DNA from: Acidobacteriota bacterium
Lineage (GTDB): Bacteria > Acidobacteriota > UBA6911 > RPQK01 > JAJDTT01
DNA: 64,000 bases
Assembly: GCA_965217775.1 (NCBI GenBank)
Contig: CBDCJH010000002.1
Span: 1,696,001 to 1,760,000, forward strand
Direction of reading: 5' to 3'
Shown here: piece by piece, positions 12,717 to 21,552 of the stretch
Numbering within the stretch: position 1 is the stretch's first letter
How the letters are laid out: every line of letters begins with the position of its first letter
The notes under the pieces: model-generated
What the model saw: only the letters and a program-made list of their open reading frames with translations
Told to the model about the DNA's origin: nothing
Databases searched by the model: none
Position numbers and translations under genes: made by a program

Positions 12717-13324
12717 CCGGGGCTACGGAAGACGTCATCAAGAACACCGAGACCATTCCCGCCTACCAGAACCAGATTCTGAGGTCGCATTTCCGATCTC
12801 AGTATTACAAGAGTGTCACCTCCGTCGGTCCCAGAACCAACGATCCTTTCGTCATGCAATACGTGGATCGCCAGATCGGCTACTACCTGGGCCGAATCCG
12901 CTCCGCTCTCGTCATGATCAAGGTGCACTGCGAAGAGGTCCAGGAGATCCGGGCGAATTCAATGGTCGACAAGCGCCTGCAGATGACGCCCGAATTCCGG
13001 AAGAAGTGGAGGAAGGCGCTGGGAGATCTGTCCCGCGATGCGAGAGGCCTCAAGAACCTCATCGGGAGCATCCTGCTCGGACTGGCTCGGAAGGACTCCA
13101 AACGGCCCCGGGTCCGCTCTTTGGGCGGAAGGGACGGCTACGGCCCAGAGGTGGCGTACCTGAGGAGGGAACTGATACTGGCCGAACGGCGAATCGAAGA
13201 TTTCTTCTACCAGCCCACGAATACCGTGAGTTTCGAAGACCTTCGGGACAGGAAGACCATGCTGGTGCATCTTTACCACGTCCAGGAGATGGCCAAGAGA
13301 CTCCGGAAAGCGGTGGACCGTTAA
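12614..13324 (+). CDS. Hypothetical protein, possibly exported or a lipoprotein
   Basis: 236-aa ORF with GC-rich codon usage filling the gap after uppP; hydrophobic N-terminus containing LAGC; start uncertain (next ATG 12853). Confidence 0.6.
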   Translation: MYPVFSSLSGAAYAAAVCRLSILAGCCHFLLVPLTGATEDVIKNTETIPAYQNQILRSHFRSQYYKSVTSVGPRTNDPFVMQYVDRQIGYYLGRIRSALVMIKVHCEEVQEIRANSMVDKRLQMTPEFRKKWRKALGDLSRDARGLKNLIGSILLGLARKDSKRPRVRSLGGRDGYGPEVAYLRRELILAERRIEDFFYQPTNTVSFEDLRDRKTMLVHLYHVQEMAKRLRKAVDR

Positions 13325-13482
13325 CAGTCCGTGGTGAAAGTCGCGCGAGCACCGAGACCGTTCCTGCGCCCGCCGGACAAGGCGCTCTGAGGGAGCATAC
13401 CGGGAGTATGTAACCGAGGAGCAACGTAGTCCGCCGGGATGCAGACCCGGTCGAATGCCGTGACGACTTATGCCACGGGCTG
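13325..13482 (+). mobile_element. MITE family A, copy 1 (158 bp)
   Basis: TIRs CAGTCCGTGG / CCACGGGCTG; TTAA on both sides; near-identical copies at 26283 and 58651. Confidence 0.85.
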
Positions 13483-13571
13483 TTAACGTCTGGGCATGGA
13501 TCAGGAGTCGTGACCATCACGCCATGCCGGAACCTGGTGGGACCGGGAATCGGCGAGACCGGAAGGAGCGA

Positions 13572-14261
13572 ATGATGCGAAACCTCACTCAGTGGTTGTT
13601 GTTCGGTGTTTTCAATCTGACCGGGCTGGCCGGTGGCGTGGAGGTGATCCCGATTCACCATGGATCCCTCATTCTCAAATGGCAGGAGAAAGTCGTCTAC
13701 GTCGATCCCTGGAGCCGGGGAGACTACACGGGACAACCGCCGGCGGACCTCATCCTGATCACCGATATCCACGGGGACCACATGGATCCGGAGCAGATCT
13801 CCCGAGTCCGGAAGGAGGGGACGATCATCGTCGCTCCCGCGGCGGTGCAGAAGACGGTCTCGGAAGCCAGGGTCCTGAGCAACGGTGAAACCATTCGCCC
13901 CCTCGGAATCCAGGTGGAAGGCGTCGCCATGTACAACCTGAAACGGGGTCCCGAGGCGGGGCAGCTCTACCACACCCGAGGCCGGGGAAACGGGTACATT
14001 CTCACGTTCGGGAAAGAGCGTGTCTATATTTCCGGAGACACCGAGTGCATTCCGGAGATGAAGGCGCTGAAGGACATCGATCTGGCGTTCGTGTGCATGA
14101 ATCTCCCTTATACCATGACTCCCGAAGAAGCCGCCGAGTGTGTCAACAGCTTCCGTCCCAAGGCCGTGTACCCCTACCACTTCAGGGGATCCGACGTGAA
14201 AATCTTCAAGCGGATTGTGACCGCCGAGGGCGTCGAGGTCAGGGTTCTGGACTGGTACTGA
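13572..14261 (+). CDS. MBL-fold metallo-hydrolase with predicted signal peptide
   Basis: LITDIHGDH, YISGDT and YPYH motifs; AAGGAG RBS before ATG 13572. Confidence 0.85.
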   Translation: MMRNLTQWLLFGVFNLTGLAGGVEVIPIHHGSLILKWQEKVVYVDPWSRGDYTGQPPADLILITDIHGDHMDPEQISRVRKEGTIIVAPAAVQKTVSEARVLSNGETIRPLGIQVEGVAMYNLKRGPEAGQLYHTRGRGNGYILTFGKERVYISGDTECIPEMKALKDIDLAFVCMNLPYTMTPEEAAECVNSFRPKAVYPYHFRGSDVKIFKRIVTAEGVEVRVLDWY

Positions 14262-14283
14262 ACGCGGCCGTTCCCACTGGAGA

Positions 14284-14330
14284 CTCGATTCCCCACTTTC
14301 TCGCTACGATCATTCCTACGGCGCAGACTC
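14284..14330 (+). repeat. 47-bp right-end remnant of MITE family B
   Basis: Identical to 14446-14492. Confidence 0.85.
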
Positions 14331-14334
14331 ATAG

Positions 14335-14492
14335 GAGCCTGCGCCGCAGAAATTGATCTACTGCGAAAGCGGTGAATCGGTCCATATTTCCTCGATTTCT
14401 CGGCGAATAGAACGACTATGCACCTCCAAATCGAGAAGATCTGGCCTCGATTCCCCACTTTCTCGCTACGATCATTCCTACGGCGCAGACTC
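14335..14492 (+). mobile_element. MITE family B, copy 1 (158 bp foldback)
   Basis: TIRs GAGCCTGCGCCGCAG / CTACGGCGCAGACTC; flanks ATAG and CTAG; inverted copy at 54436-54594. Confidence 0.85.
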
Positions 14493-14987
14493 CTAGCCTT
14501 TTCTTTTTACGGCGCTGCCGCGACTGAGTGAGAGGCATCCGGTACGGTGCACGTCTCGCACCCCGTACACGCGCATGTTCTGGAGAAAACCGTTGATCTT
14601 ATCCGGATTTCCCGTGACCTCGAAAACACAGCTCTGAGGACTGGCGTCGACCACGCGCGCCCGAAAGACCTTGGACAACTCCAAGATCTCCCTCCGACTG
14701 GATTCCGTGACGCGCACCCGGATCAGGGCCATCTCGCGGGCCATGTGGACTCGCGGATTGTATGGAATCACCTTGATGACATCGATCAGCTTGTTCAACT
14801 GCTTGATGACCTGCTCGGTGCCCGGCACGTCCGTTTTTGTGGAAAGGGTAACGAGCGACATGGTGGGGTCGGAGGTCGGAGCGACGTTCAGCGTCTCGAT
14901 ATTGTAGCCTCGCTGACTGAACAGCCCCACGACCCGGGCCAGGACACCCGATCTGTTTTCGACCAGTAAGGAAAGCAACTGAACCAT
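14493..14987 (-). CDS. ilvN: Acetolactate synthase small (regulatory) subunit
   Basis: VENRSGVLARVVGLFSQRGYNIETL, EQVIKQLNKLIDVIKV, REMALIRV. Confidence 0.9.
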   Translation of the reverse strand: MVQLLSLLVENRSGVLARVVGLFSQRGYNIETLNVAPTSDPTMSLVTLSTKTDVPGTEQVIKQLNKLIDVIKVIPYNPRVHMAREMALIRVRVTESSRREILELSKVFRARVVDASPQSCVFEVTGNPDKINGFLQNMRVYGVRDVHRTGCLSLSRGSAVKRKG

Positions 14988-15151
14988 GGCGTGTCCCCGT
15001 ATAAGCACTTTGGGCTCCGGAGTCAAGGCAGGAACGCTTACCGACTGATCCGCCAGTGTCCCATCCGACAACCTGCCACGGGATCCGCAAAGGCGTCACC
15101 CCGGACCGGCCCGGCGAACGCTCGACGTTCGGCGCGTCTCCGGGAACGAAT

Positions 15152-17638
15152 ATGGCAGAATGGCCCGAAATGGCCACGACGATCAGTGCGGAGCCCTGGG
15201 AAACCTACTCGGCTCAGCGTCGCCTCGTCGAGCAGTCGTTTCGGTCAGACCTCTGTCCCGAGTCGGCTCTGGCGGACCTGACCCGGGCCATGGACACCCT
15301 GGTCTCTCAAGTCGCTCGGCGACACCTTCGATCAGGTGCGTTTTGCATCCTCGCCTTGGGCGGATACGGACGCCGCGAGATGTTTCCCCACTCGGATGTG
15401 GATCTCCTGCTGTTGTATCGGGAGGGGGACAGGGAAGACGCCGAGGACGCCATCAAACGTCTTCTCCACGACTTGTGGGATCTCCGTTTGGACCTGGGAC
15501 ACCAGGTCTGGTCCCTGGAAGACCTGAACACCCAGGGCCCGGACCTGGAGTTGGCCCTGTCCCTGTCGGATGCTCGGATCGTAACCGGGGACATGGCCTT
15601 GGGCAATCTCCTTCTCCGCAACTTTCTCCCCAGTTGGCACCAAGCCCAAACTGCGGAACTCCGCCTTGGGATCGACCGTCTGACACGGAAACGCCACCAG
15701 AGTTTCCAGAACACCATCTTCCATCTGGAGCCGGATCTGAAGGAGGGCCCCGGCGGACTCAGAGATGGCCTGACGGCCGGATGGCTGTTGAGGCTCCGGG
15801 GGGAGGCCCCCTTCATCCCGTACAGCCAAGAGCACATCGACGGCGCTTCCAGCTTCATGAAGCGGATGCGCATGTTGGTCCACCTCGTGCGTGGGCGCAA
15901 TCTGAATCGCCTCACGTATCGGCTTCAGGAAAAAATTGCACCCCTGGCGGGCTATGCATCCGAAGACGATCGGACGGGCGTCGAGTCCATGATGCAGGAG
16001 TACTATCTCAATGCCCGGGTTCTCCACGGGTATTGCCGCTACGGCCTGGTCCCGAAAAGACCGGTGGACCCGTCTACTCAGATCCACCTGGAGAAAGTCT
16101 CTTCGGAGCGAGCCGGCCCCATCATTCTCAAAGCTTTTCGAGATTCCTTGACTCAATCGAAACCTTTGAGTGACAGAGCCCGCAGGTTGATAGCCCGCAG
16201 GAGTTCCCAGTTGGCCGCAAGCTTGAGCCACCATCCCCAACCGGGATCGATAATGGAACTCTTTTCTCCGCGGCCCGGTCTCTACCGGACCCTGACGGAA
16301 ATGTACGAACTGGGGGTCTTGGAGGCTCTTTTTCCGGAATTTGGAAGCATCAAGGCCAAGGTCACGCGCGATTTCTACCATCAATATACGGTCGATGAGC
16401 ACAGCCTCATGGCCATCCGCAATATTGAGGAGTTGCGGGAAGGGGAGCCCGATGTGGACGCCCGGTTCGCGGCCCTGCTGGAAGAGGCGACCCATCCGGA
16501 GTTGTTGACCCTGGCCCTCCTTCTCCACGACGTGGGAAAGAGCCGGGAAGGGCGTCATGCCGACCGCAGCACGCGAATGGGGGCCGCGGCGCTGAGGCGC
16601 CTGTGCTTTCCCGCGGAATGCATCGAGGCCATCTCGTTTCTGATCCAACAACACTTGTCCATGACCAGAGTCATTTTCCGGAGGGACCTGGGGGACCCCA
16701 GGGTGATCGACCGCTTTGCCGACCGCGTCGGTGATCCCGATCGGCTCCGGCTGCTGTGTCTCTTGACCTACGCTGACATCAAAGCCGTCGGACCCGAAGT
16801 ACTCAAGGATTGGACCAGGGATCTCCTGTGGCAACTGTATGTCTCTGCTTACCGAAAACTCACCCTGGGTTTTGGCGTGGACTCAGTTGAAGAAGAGACC
16901 CCGAACCTCCTTTTCAAAGACCTGCCCGGCGACCTCGATGCCCGAGATTTCGGAAGGTTCCTCGAAGGACTCCCTCTCAGATACGTCAAGATCACACCTC
17001 ATTCCGAAATCTATGAGCACTATCGTCTGGCCCGAGGTCTGGGAACCGATCGGCCGGTGCGGTTGCGGCTGACCCGGGATCTCGACGGCTACAAGCTCTG
17101 TGTGGTCACTCCCGATCGCTTCTACCTCTTTGCCCGGATCGCGGGTGTCCTCGCCTCGTTCGGCATGAACATATTTCGTGGCTATGCCATGTCCAACCGG
17201 GCGGGAACGACTCTGGACCTGTTCCATTTCACCGACGCCCGCCGATGCTTTGCCCTGAATCCCAGCGAGAAACAGCGGTTTCGGGATTCGATCAGCCGGG
17301 TGATTCGGGATGACCGGTCCGTGGAGACGTATCTCAAGGGGAAGGGCAGACTCGTGAACCCGCGCTTTTCGTCCGCACGTTTTCGTCCCTCCGTCTACTT
17401 CGAGAATGAGCCCACCCGACGCTACACCATCATGGAACTCGTGGCTCCGGACGCCGTCGGGCTCCTGTACACCATCGCCGACCGGATCTCCTCCCTACGC
17501 TGCAACATCGATCTGGTCTTGATCAATACGGAGGGTGAGAGAGCCGTGGATATCTTTTACTTGTCGCGTGATGGGTGTAGAATTGGGCCCGGTTTACAGC
17601 AAGAACTGGAAGCTCAGATTCTTCAAGCGATAGGGTGA
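15152..17638 (+). CDS. glnD: Bifunctional PII uridylyltransferase / uridylyl-removing enzyme
   Basis: ALGGYGRREMFPHSDVDL, EPDLKEGPGGLRD, HQYTVDEH, LLHDVGK (HD), two C-terminal ACT domains; start approximate. Confidence 0.92.
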   Translation: MAEWPEMATTISAEPWETYSAQRRLVEQSFRSDLCPESALADLTRAMDTLVSQVARRHLRSGAFCILALGGYGRREMFPHSDVDLLLLYREGDREDAEDAIKRLLHDLWDLRLDLGHQVWSLEDLNTQGPDLELALSLSDARIVTGDMALGNLLLRNFLPSWHQAQTAELRLGIDRLTRKRHQSFQNTIFHLEPDLKEGPGGLRDGLTAGWLLRLRGEAPFIPYSQEHIDGASSFMKRMRMLVHLVRGRNLNRLTYRLQEKIAPLAGYASEDDRTGVESMMQEYYLNARVLHGYCRYGLVPKRPVDPSTQIHLEKVSSERAGPIILKAFRDSLTQSKPLSDRARRLIARRSSQLAASLSHHPQPGSIMELFSPRPGLYRTLTEMYELGVLEALFPEFGSIKAKVTRDFYHQYTVDEHSLMAIRNIEELREGEPDVDARFAALLEEATHPELLTLALLLHDVGKSREGRHADRSTRMGAAALRRLCFPAECIEAISFLIQQHLSMTRVIFRRDLGDPRVIDRFADRVGDPDRLRLLCLLTYADIKAVGPEVLKDWTRDLLWQLYVSAYRKLTLGFGVDSVEEETPNLLFKDLPGDLDARDFGRFLEGLPLRYVKITPHSEIYEHYRLARGLGTDRPVRLRLTRDLDGYKLCVVTPDRFYLFARIAGVLASFGMNIFRGYAMSNRAGTTLDLFHFTDARRCFALNPSEKQRFRDSISRVIRDDRSVETYLKGKGRLVNPRFSSARFRPSVYFENEPTRRYTIMELVAPDAVGLLYTIADRISSLRCNIDLVLINTEGERAVDIFYLSRDGCRIGPGLQQELEAQILQAIG

Positions 17639-17642
17639 ACCA

Positions 17643-17969
17643 ATGAAATTGATCATGGCGATCGTACGGCCCAGCAAGGTGGAAGAGGTCAAGGATGCGC
17701 TGGGCAAGCTGAACATTTCAGGCATGACCATCTCGGAAGTGCGCGGTCACGGCCGGCAAAAAGGACACACGGCCATCTACCGGGGCAAAGAATACAGTGT
17801 CACCCTCCTGCCCAAAATGAAGATGGAAATCGTTCTGCAAGACGATCTGGTGGAAGAGACCATCGAAACCATCATGGAGACGGCTCGCACGGGCGAAATC
17901 GGCGACGGCCGCGTTTTCGTGCTTCCCGTGGAGAGCCAGTACAACATCCGCACCGGAGAGAACGACTGA
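17643..17969 (+). CDS. glnB: PII nitrogen regulatory protein
   Basis: GRQKGHTAIYRGKEY T-loop with Tyr51; TGEIGDGRVF. Confidence 0.93.
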   Translation: MKLIMAIVRPSKVEEVKDALGKLNISGMTISEVRGHGRQKGHTAIYRGKEYSVTLLPKMKMEIVLQDDLVEETIETIMETARTGEIGDGRVFVLPVESQYNIRTGEND

Positions 17970-18075
17970 CCCGGCTCCCCGCCGCTCCGCTACGGAAGCT
18001 TCACCCAACGGCGCCATGAGGCGTTCCGTCGACTGACCGGGAAGGGCGCGCAAGCGTCTGCTTCTTTTCCAACCG

Positions 18076-21000
18076 TCAACCGGTTTCGATCGTCTCACGG
18101 CGATAGGTCAGCAGCAGATCCTTGGTATTCACTCGGTCTCCCGGCTCCACCAGCAGTTCCTCGATCTCGGCTTCCCGGTCGGCGTAAAGCGTGAGTTCCA
18201 TCTTCATGGCCTGAAGCGTCAGGAGCTTCTCTCCCTGGGCGACTTTCGCCCCGCTACTCACCGAGACCGAGATGACCATGCCGGGCATGGGCGCGCCGAC
18301 GTGAAGCGGGTCGCCCGGGTCCGCCTTGGCCCGTTTTGATACCTGGGGAATAACGGACCGATTGGGAATCTGGACCTCCCTGGGAACGCCGTTGAGCTCG
18401 AAAAAGACGGTGCAGTTTCCCCGGGTGTCCGGTTCTCCCACGGCCATCAGCTTGATGATGAGCGTCTTACCGGGCTCCAGCTCCACCAGGACTTCGGCTT
18501 CCCGTTCCATTCCATAGAAGAAAACGGGCGTGGGAAGTACGGAGACGTCGCCGAACCGGGTCTGGTGCCCTATGAACTCTTGAAACACCTGCGGGTACAG
18601 GAGGTACGAAATCGTATCCCGCTCATCGAACTTGCGGCGAAGCCGCCCCTCGAGGTCATTTCCTACGCCTTGCAGGTCGGCGGGAGGCAGGGACTCGCCG
18701 GGCCGGCCCTGAATCGGACGCAGGTCTCCCAGAATCCGTTCTCTCAACCGGGCGGGGAACCCACCTTTCGGCGTCCCCAGGCGGCCCTGGAAGAAATCGA
18801 TCACCGACTCTGGAAAATCGATTTTCTTGGAAGATTCGGTGAGGTCCTGCGGAGCGAGATCGTTGGTCAACATGAAGAGCGCCAGATCGCCGACGACCTT
18901 GGAAGAGGGAGTGACCTTGACGATGTCTCCAAAAAGGTCGTTCACTCGGGCGTAGGTTTGCCACACCTCCGGCCAATTTTCCTCCAGGCCCAAAGCCGCC
19001 GCCTGCTGATACAGGTTGGTGTATTGCCCGCCGGGCATCTCATGCTTGTAGACATCCGCAGTTCCCGTCCGCAACGTCGACTCGAAGGCGCAGTAGTATT
19101 GCCGCACGACCTCCCAGTAATGAGCCGTTTCCTCCAGCCTTTCGGTGTCGAGACCAGGATCCCGGGGAGAAAACCGCAACATTTCCACGAACGTGTTGAG
19201 GCTGGGCTGAGAGGTCAGACCGGCCAACGGAGCCATGGCGGCGTCCACGATATCGGCTCCGGCTTCCACCGCTTTCAACAACGCCGCCATCTGCCCGCCG
19301 CTCGTGTCGTGGGTATGAAAATGAATGGGTATGCCCAGTTCGTTCTTCAGAGCCCGAATCAACTGGTAGGCGGCGTAGGGCTTGCACAGGCCCGCCATAT
19401 CCTTGATGGCCAGCATATGGGCGCCCATTCGCTCCAACTCCCGCGCCAGTTCCAGGTAGTAGTCCAGGGAATACTTGCTCCGATCCGGATCCAGAATGTC
19501 GCCGGTGAAGCAAATGGCGGCCTCGGCCACGCCCCCACTCCGGTCCACGGCTTCGATGGCGACCTGCATGTTGCGGGAATCGTTGAGTGAATCGAAGATG
19601 CGAAAGATATCGATTCCGGACTCGGCGGCGAGCCGCACGAACTCCTGGACCACGTTGTCGGGATAACTCGTGTAGCCGACGGCGGCTGAAGCTCGTAGCA
19701 ACATCTGAAAGGGAATGTTGGGGATGGCTTGGCGCATGCGGTCCAGGCGGTCCCAGGGGGACTCCCGCAAGAAACGCATTGCCGTGTCGAACGTGGCTCC
19801 GCCCCAGAGCTCGAGTGAAAAAAGATCGTTGTGACAATGGGCGTAGACGTCGGCGATCCGGCTCATGTCGTAGGTGCGCATGCGGGTGGCCAGAAGGGAC
19901 TGGTGCGCATCCCGGAGCGTCGTGTCCGTAATCAGCACCTCGGACTGATCTCGAACCCAATCGGCGAACTTCCGAGGCCCGTCCCTGAGGAGCCGAAAAC
20001 GATGGCCCTCGGGAATGGCACCAGCGGCCGGGCGCCAGGGAACCGGCGCCGGCCTGCGGTTGACCTTGGCATGAAACTCCTTGACCACCGGGGTTTCGTT
20101 GACCACTTGATTTCCCAGAAAGCGAAGCAGCCGGGTGGCTCGATCCCGGCGAGCCGGAAAACGGAAGAGGTCCGGAGTCTCGTCGATGAAACCAGTCGTG
20201 CACCGGCCGTTCCGAAACTCGGGATGGTCCACCAGATTGATCAGAAAAGGGATGTTCGTTTTCACCCCGCGGATTCGGAACTCTTGCAGACAGCGCTCCA
20301 TCCGGCGGACCGTTTCGGGAAACCGAAGGCCCCAGGCCGTGACCTTCACCAGGAGAGAGTCGTAGAAGGGGGTCACCGTGGCCCCGGAGAAGGCGGTCCC
20401 GGCATCCAGCCGGATTCCCGCCCCGGACGCCGACCGATAGTGGAGAATGCGTCCGTAGTCGGGGATGAACGAGTTCTCCGGATCCTCCGTCGTCACCCGG
20501 CACTGGCAGGCGTAACCGCGGACCTGCACATCGGACTGTCTGGCCAGTCCGATCTCAGGATGATCCAGAGCAAGTCCCTCGGCGATCAGAATCTGATGGT
20601 GAACCAGATCGACCCCGGTCACCTGTTCCGTCACCGTGTGTTCGACCTGGATCCTGGGGTTGATCTCGATGAAGTAGAACTGGTCCGTGTCCTGATCCAA
20701 CAGGAATTCCACCGTTCCCGCGTTGTCATACCCGATAGCCCGGCCCAGCGTCACCGCAGCATCGCAGATCCTGCTTCTCAACTCCGGCGCCAGATTGAGG
20801 GCTGGAGCCATCTCCACCAACTTCTGATGACGCCGCTGCAGGGAACAGTCACGCTCGAAGAGATGAACCAGGTTGCCATGGCGGTCCCCCAGGATCTGCA
20901 CCTCCAGGTGCCGAGCCCGGGACACGAATCGCTCCAGAAAGATCTCTTCTCTTCCGAATGCGGACACGGACTCACGCCGCGCTTCTTCAAACTGCGCTTC

Positions 21001-21552
21001 CAACTCCGCCTCTCGGGACACGACGCGCATCCCGCGGCCACCGCCGCCGTGAGCCGCCTTGAGCATGACCGGGTAACCCATGGCGGAAGCCAGACTCCTG
21101 GCCTCGTCCAGGTCCGACAGGGACGCCTCGCTGCCCTGCAATATTGGAACCCCCAACTGGGCCGCCATCGCGCGGGCCGCCGTCTTGTCGCCCAACTGCT
21201 CCAAAATCTCAGGCCGGGGACCGATGAACAGAATTCCGGCATCCGCACAGCCCCGGGCCAGCTCCGGGTTTTCCGAGAGGAAACCGTAGCCGGGATGAAT
21301 GGCGTCGACTCGCTTCTCCACGGCCAGCGCGATCACGTTGTCGACATTGAGGTAGGCCTGGATGGGATCCATGCCGGAGCCGATCAGATAAGCTTCATCC
21401 GCCTTGTACCGATGGAGGGAGAATCGATCTTCCTCCGAATAGAGGGCGATCGTCCGGATACCCAATTCATGGGCCGATCGAAAAACTCGAATCGCGATTT
21501 CACTTCGATTGGCGGCCAGCAGACGTTTGATTCGTGACTGAGGTGAGGCCAT
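18076..21552 (-). CDS. pyc: Pyruvate carboxylase
   Basis: BC domain (ANRSEIAIR, HPGYGFLSEN), CT domain (DTTLRDAHQSL, IKDMAG, HEMPGGQY), biotinyl AMKM; start ATG 21552. Confidence 0.96.
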   Translation of the reverse strand: MASPQSRIKRLLAANRSEIAIRVFRSAHELGIRTIALYSEEDRFSLHRYKADEAYLIGSGMDPIQAYLNVDNVIALAVEKRVDAIHPGYGFLSENPELARGCADAGILFIGPRPEILEQLGDKTAARAMAAQLGVPILQGSEASLSDLDEARSLASAMGYPVMLKAAHGGGGRGMRVVSREAELEAQFEEARRESVSAFGREEIFLERFVSRARHLEVQILGDRHGNLVHLFERDCSLQRRHQKLVEMAPALNLAPELRSRICDAAVTLGRAIGYDNAGTVEFLLDQDTDQFYFIEINPRIQVEHTVTEQVTGVDLVHHQILIAEGLALDHPEIGLARQSDVQVRGYACQCRVTTEDPENSFIPDYGRILHYRSASGAGIRLDAGTAFSGATVTPFYDSLLVKVTAWGLRFPETVRRMERCLQEFRIRGVKTNIPFLINLVDHPEFRNGRCTTGFIDETPDLFRFPARRDRATRLLRFLGNQVVNETPVVKEFHAKVNRRPAPVPWRPAAGAIPEGHRFRLLRDGPRKFADWVRDQSEVLITDTTLRDAHQSLLATRMRTYDMSRIADVYAHCHNDLFSLELWGGATFDTAMRFLRESPWDRLDRMRQAIPNIPFQMLLRASAAVGYTSYPDNVVQEFVRLAAESGIDIFRIFDSLNDSRNMQVAIEAVDRSGGVAEAAICFTGDILDPDRSKYSLDYYLELARELERMGAHMLAIKDMAGLCKPYAAYQLIRALKNELGIPIHFHTHDTSGGQMAALLKAVEAGADIVDAAMAPLAGLTSQPSLNTFVEMLRFSPRDPGLDTERLEETAHYWEVVRQYYCAFESTLRTGTADVYKHEMPGGQYTNLYQQAAALGLEENWPEVWQTYARVNDLFGDIVKVTPSSKVVGDLALFMLTNDLAPQDLTESSKKIDFPESVIDFFQGRLGTPKGGFPARLRERILGDLRPIQGRPGESLPPADLQGVGNDLEGRLRRKFDERDTISYLLYPQVFQEFIGHQTRFGDVSVLPTPVFFYGMEREAEVLVELEPGKTLIIKLMAVGEPDTRGNCTVFFELNGVPREVQIPNRSVIPQVSKRAKADPGDPLHVGAPMPGMVISVSVSSGAKVAQGEKLLTLQAMKMELTLYADREAEIEELLVEPGDRVNTKDLLLTYRRETIETG

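Noticed and set aside
14284-14492. CRISPR array (47-bp direct repeat)
   Set aside because: Only two copies, explained by MITE ends; no spacer series and no cas genes.
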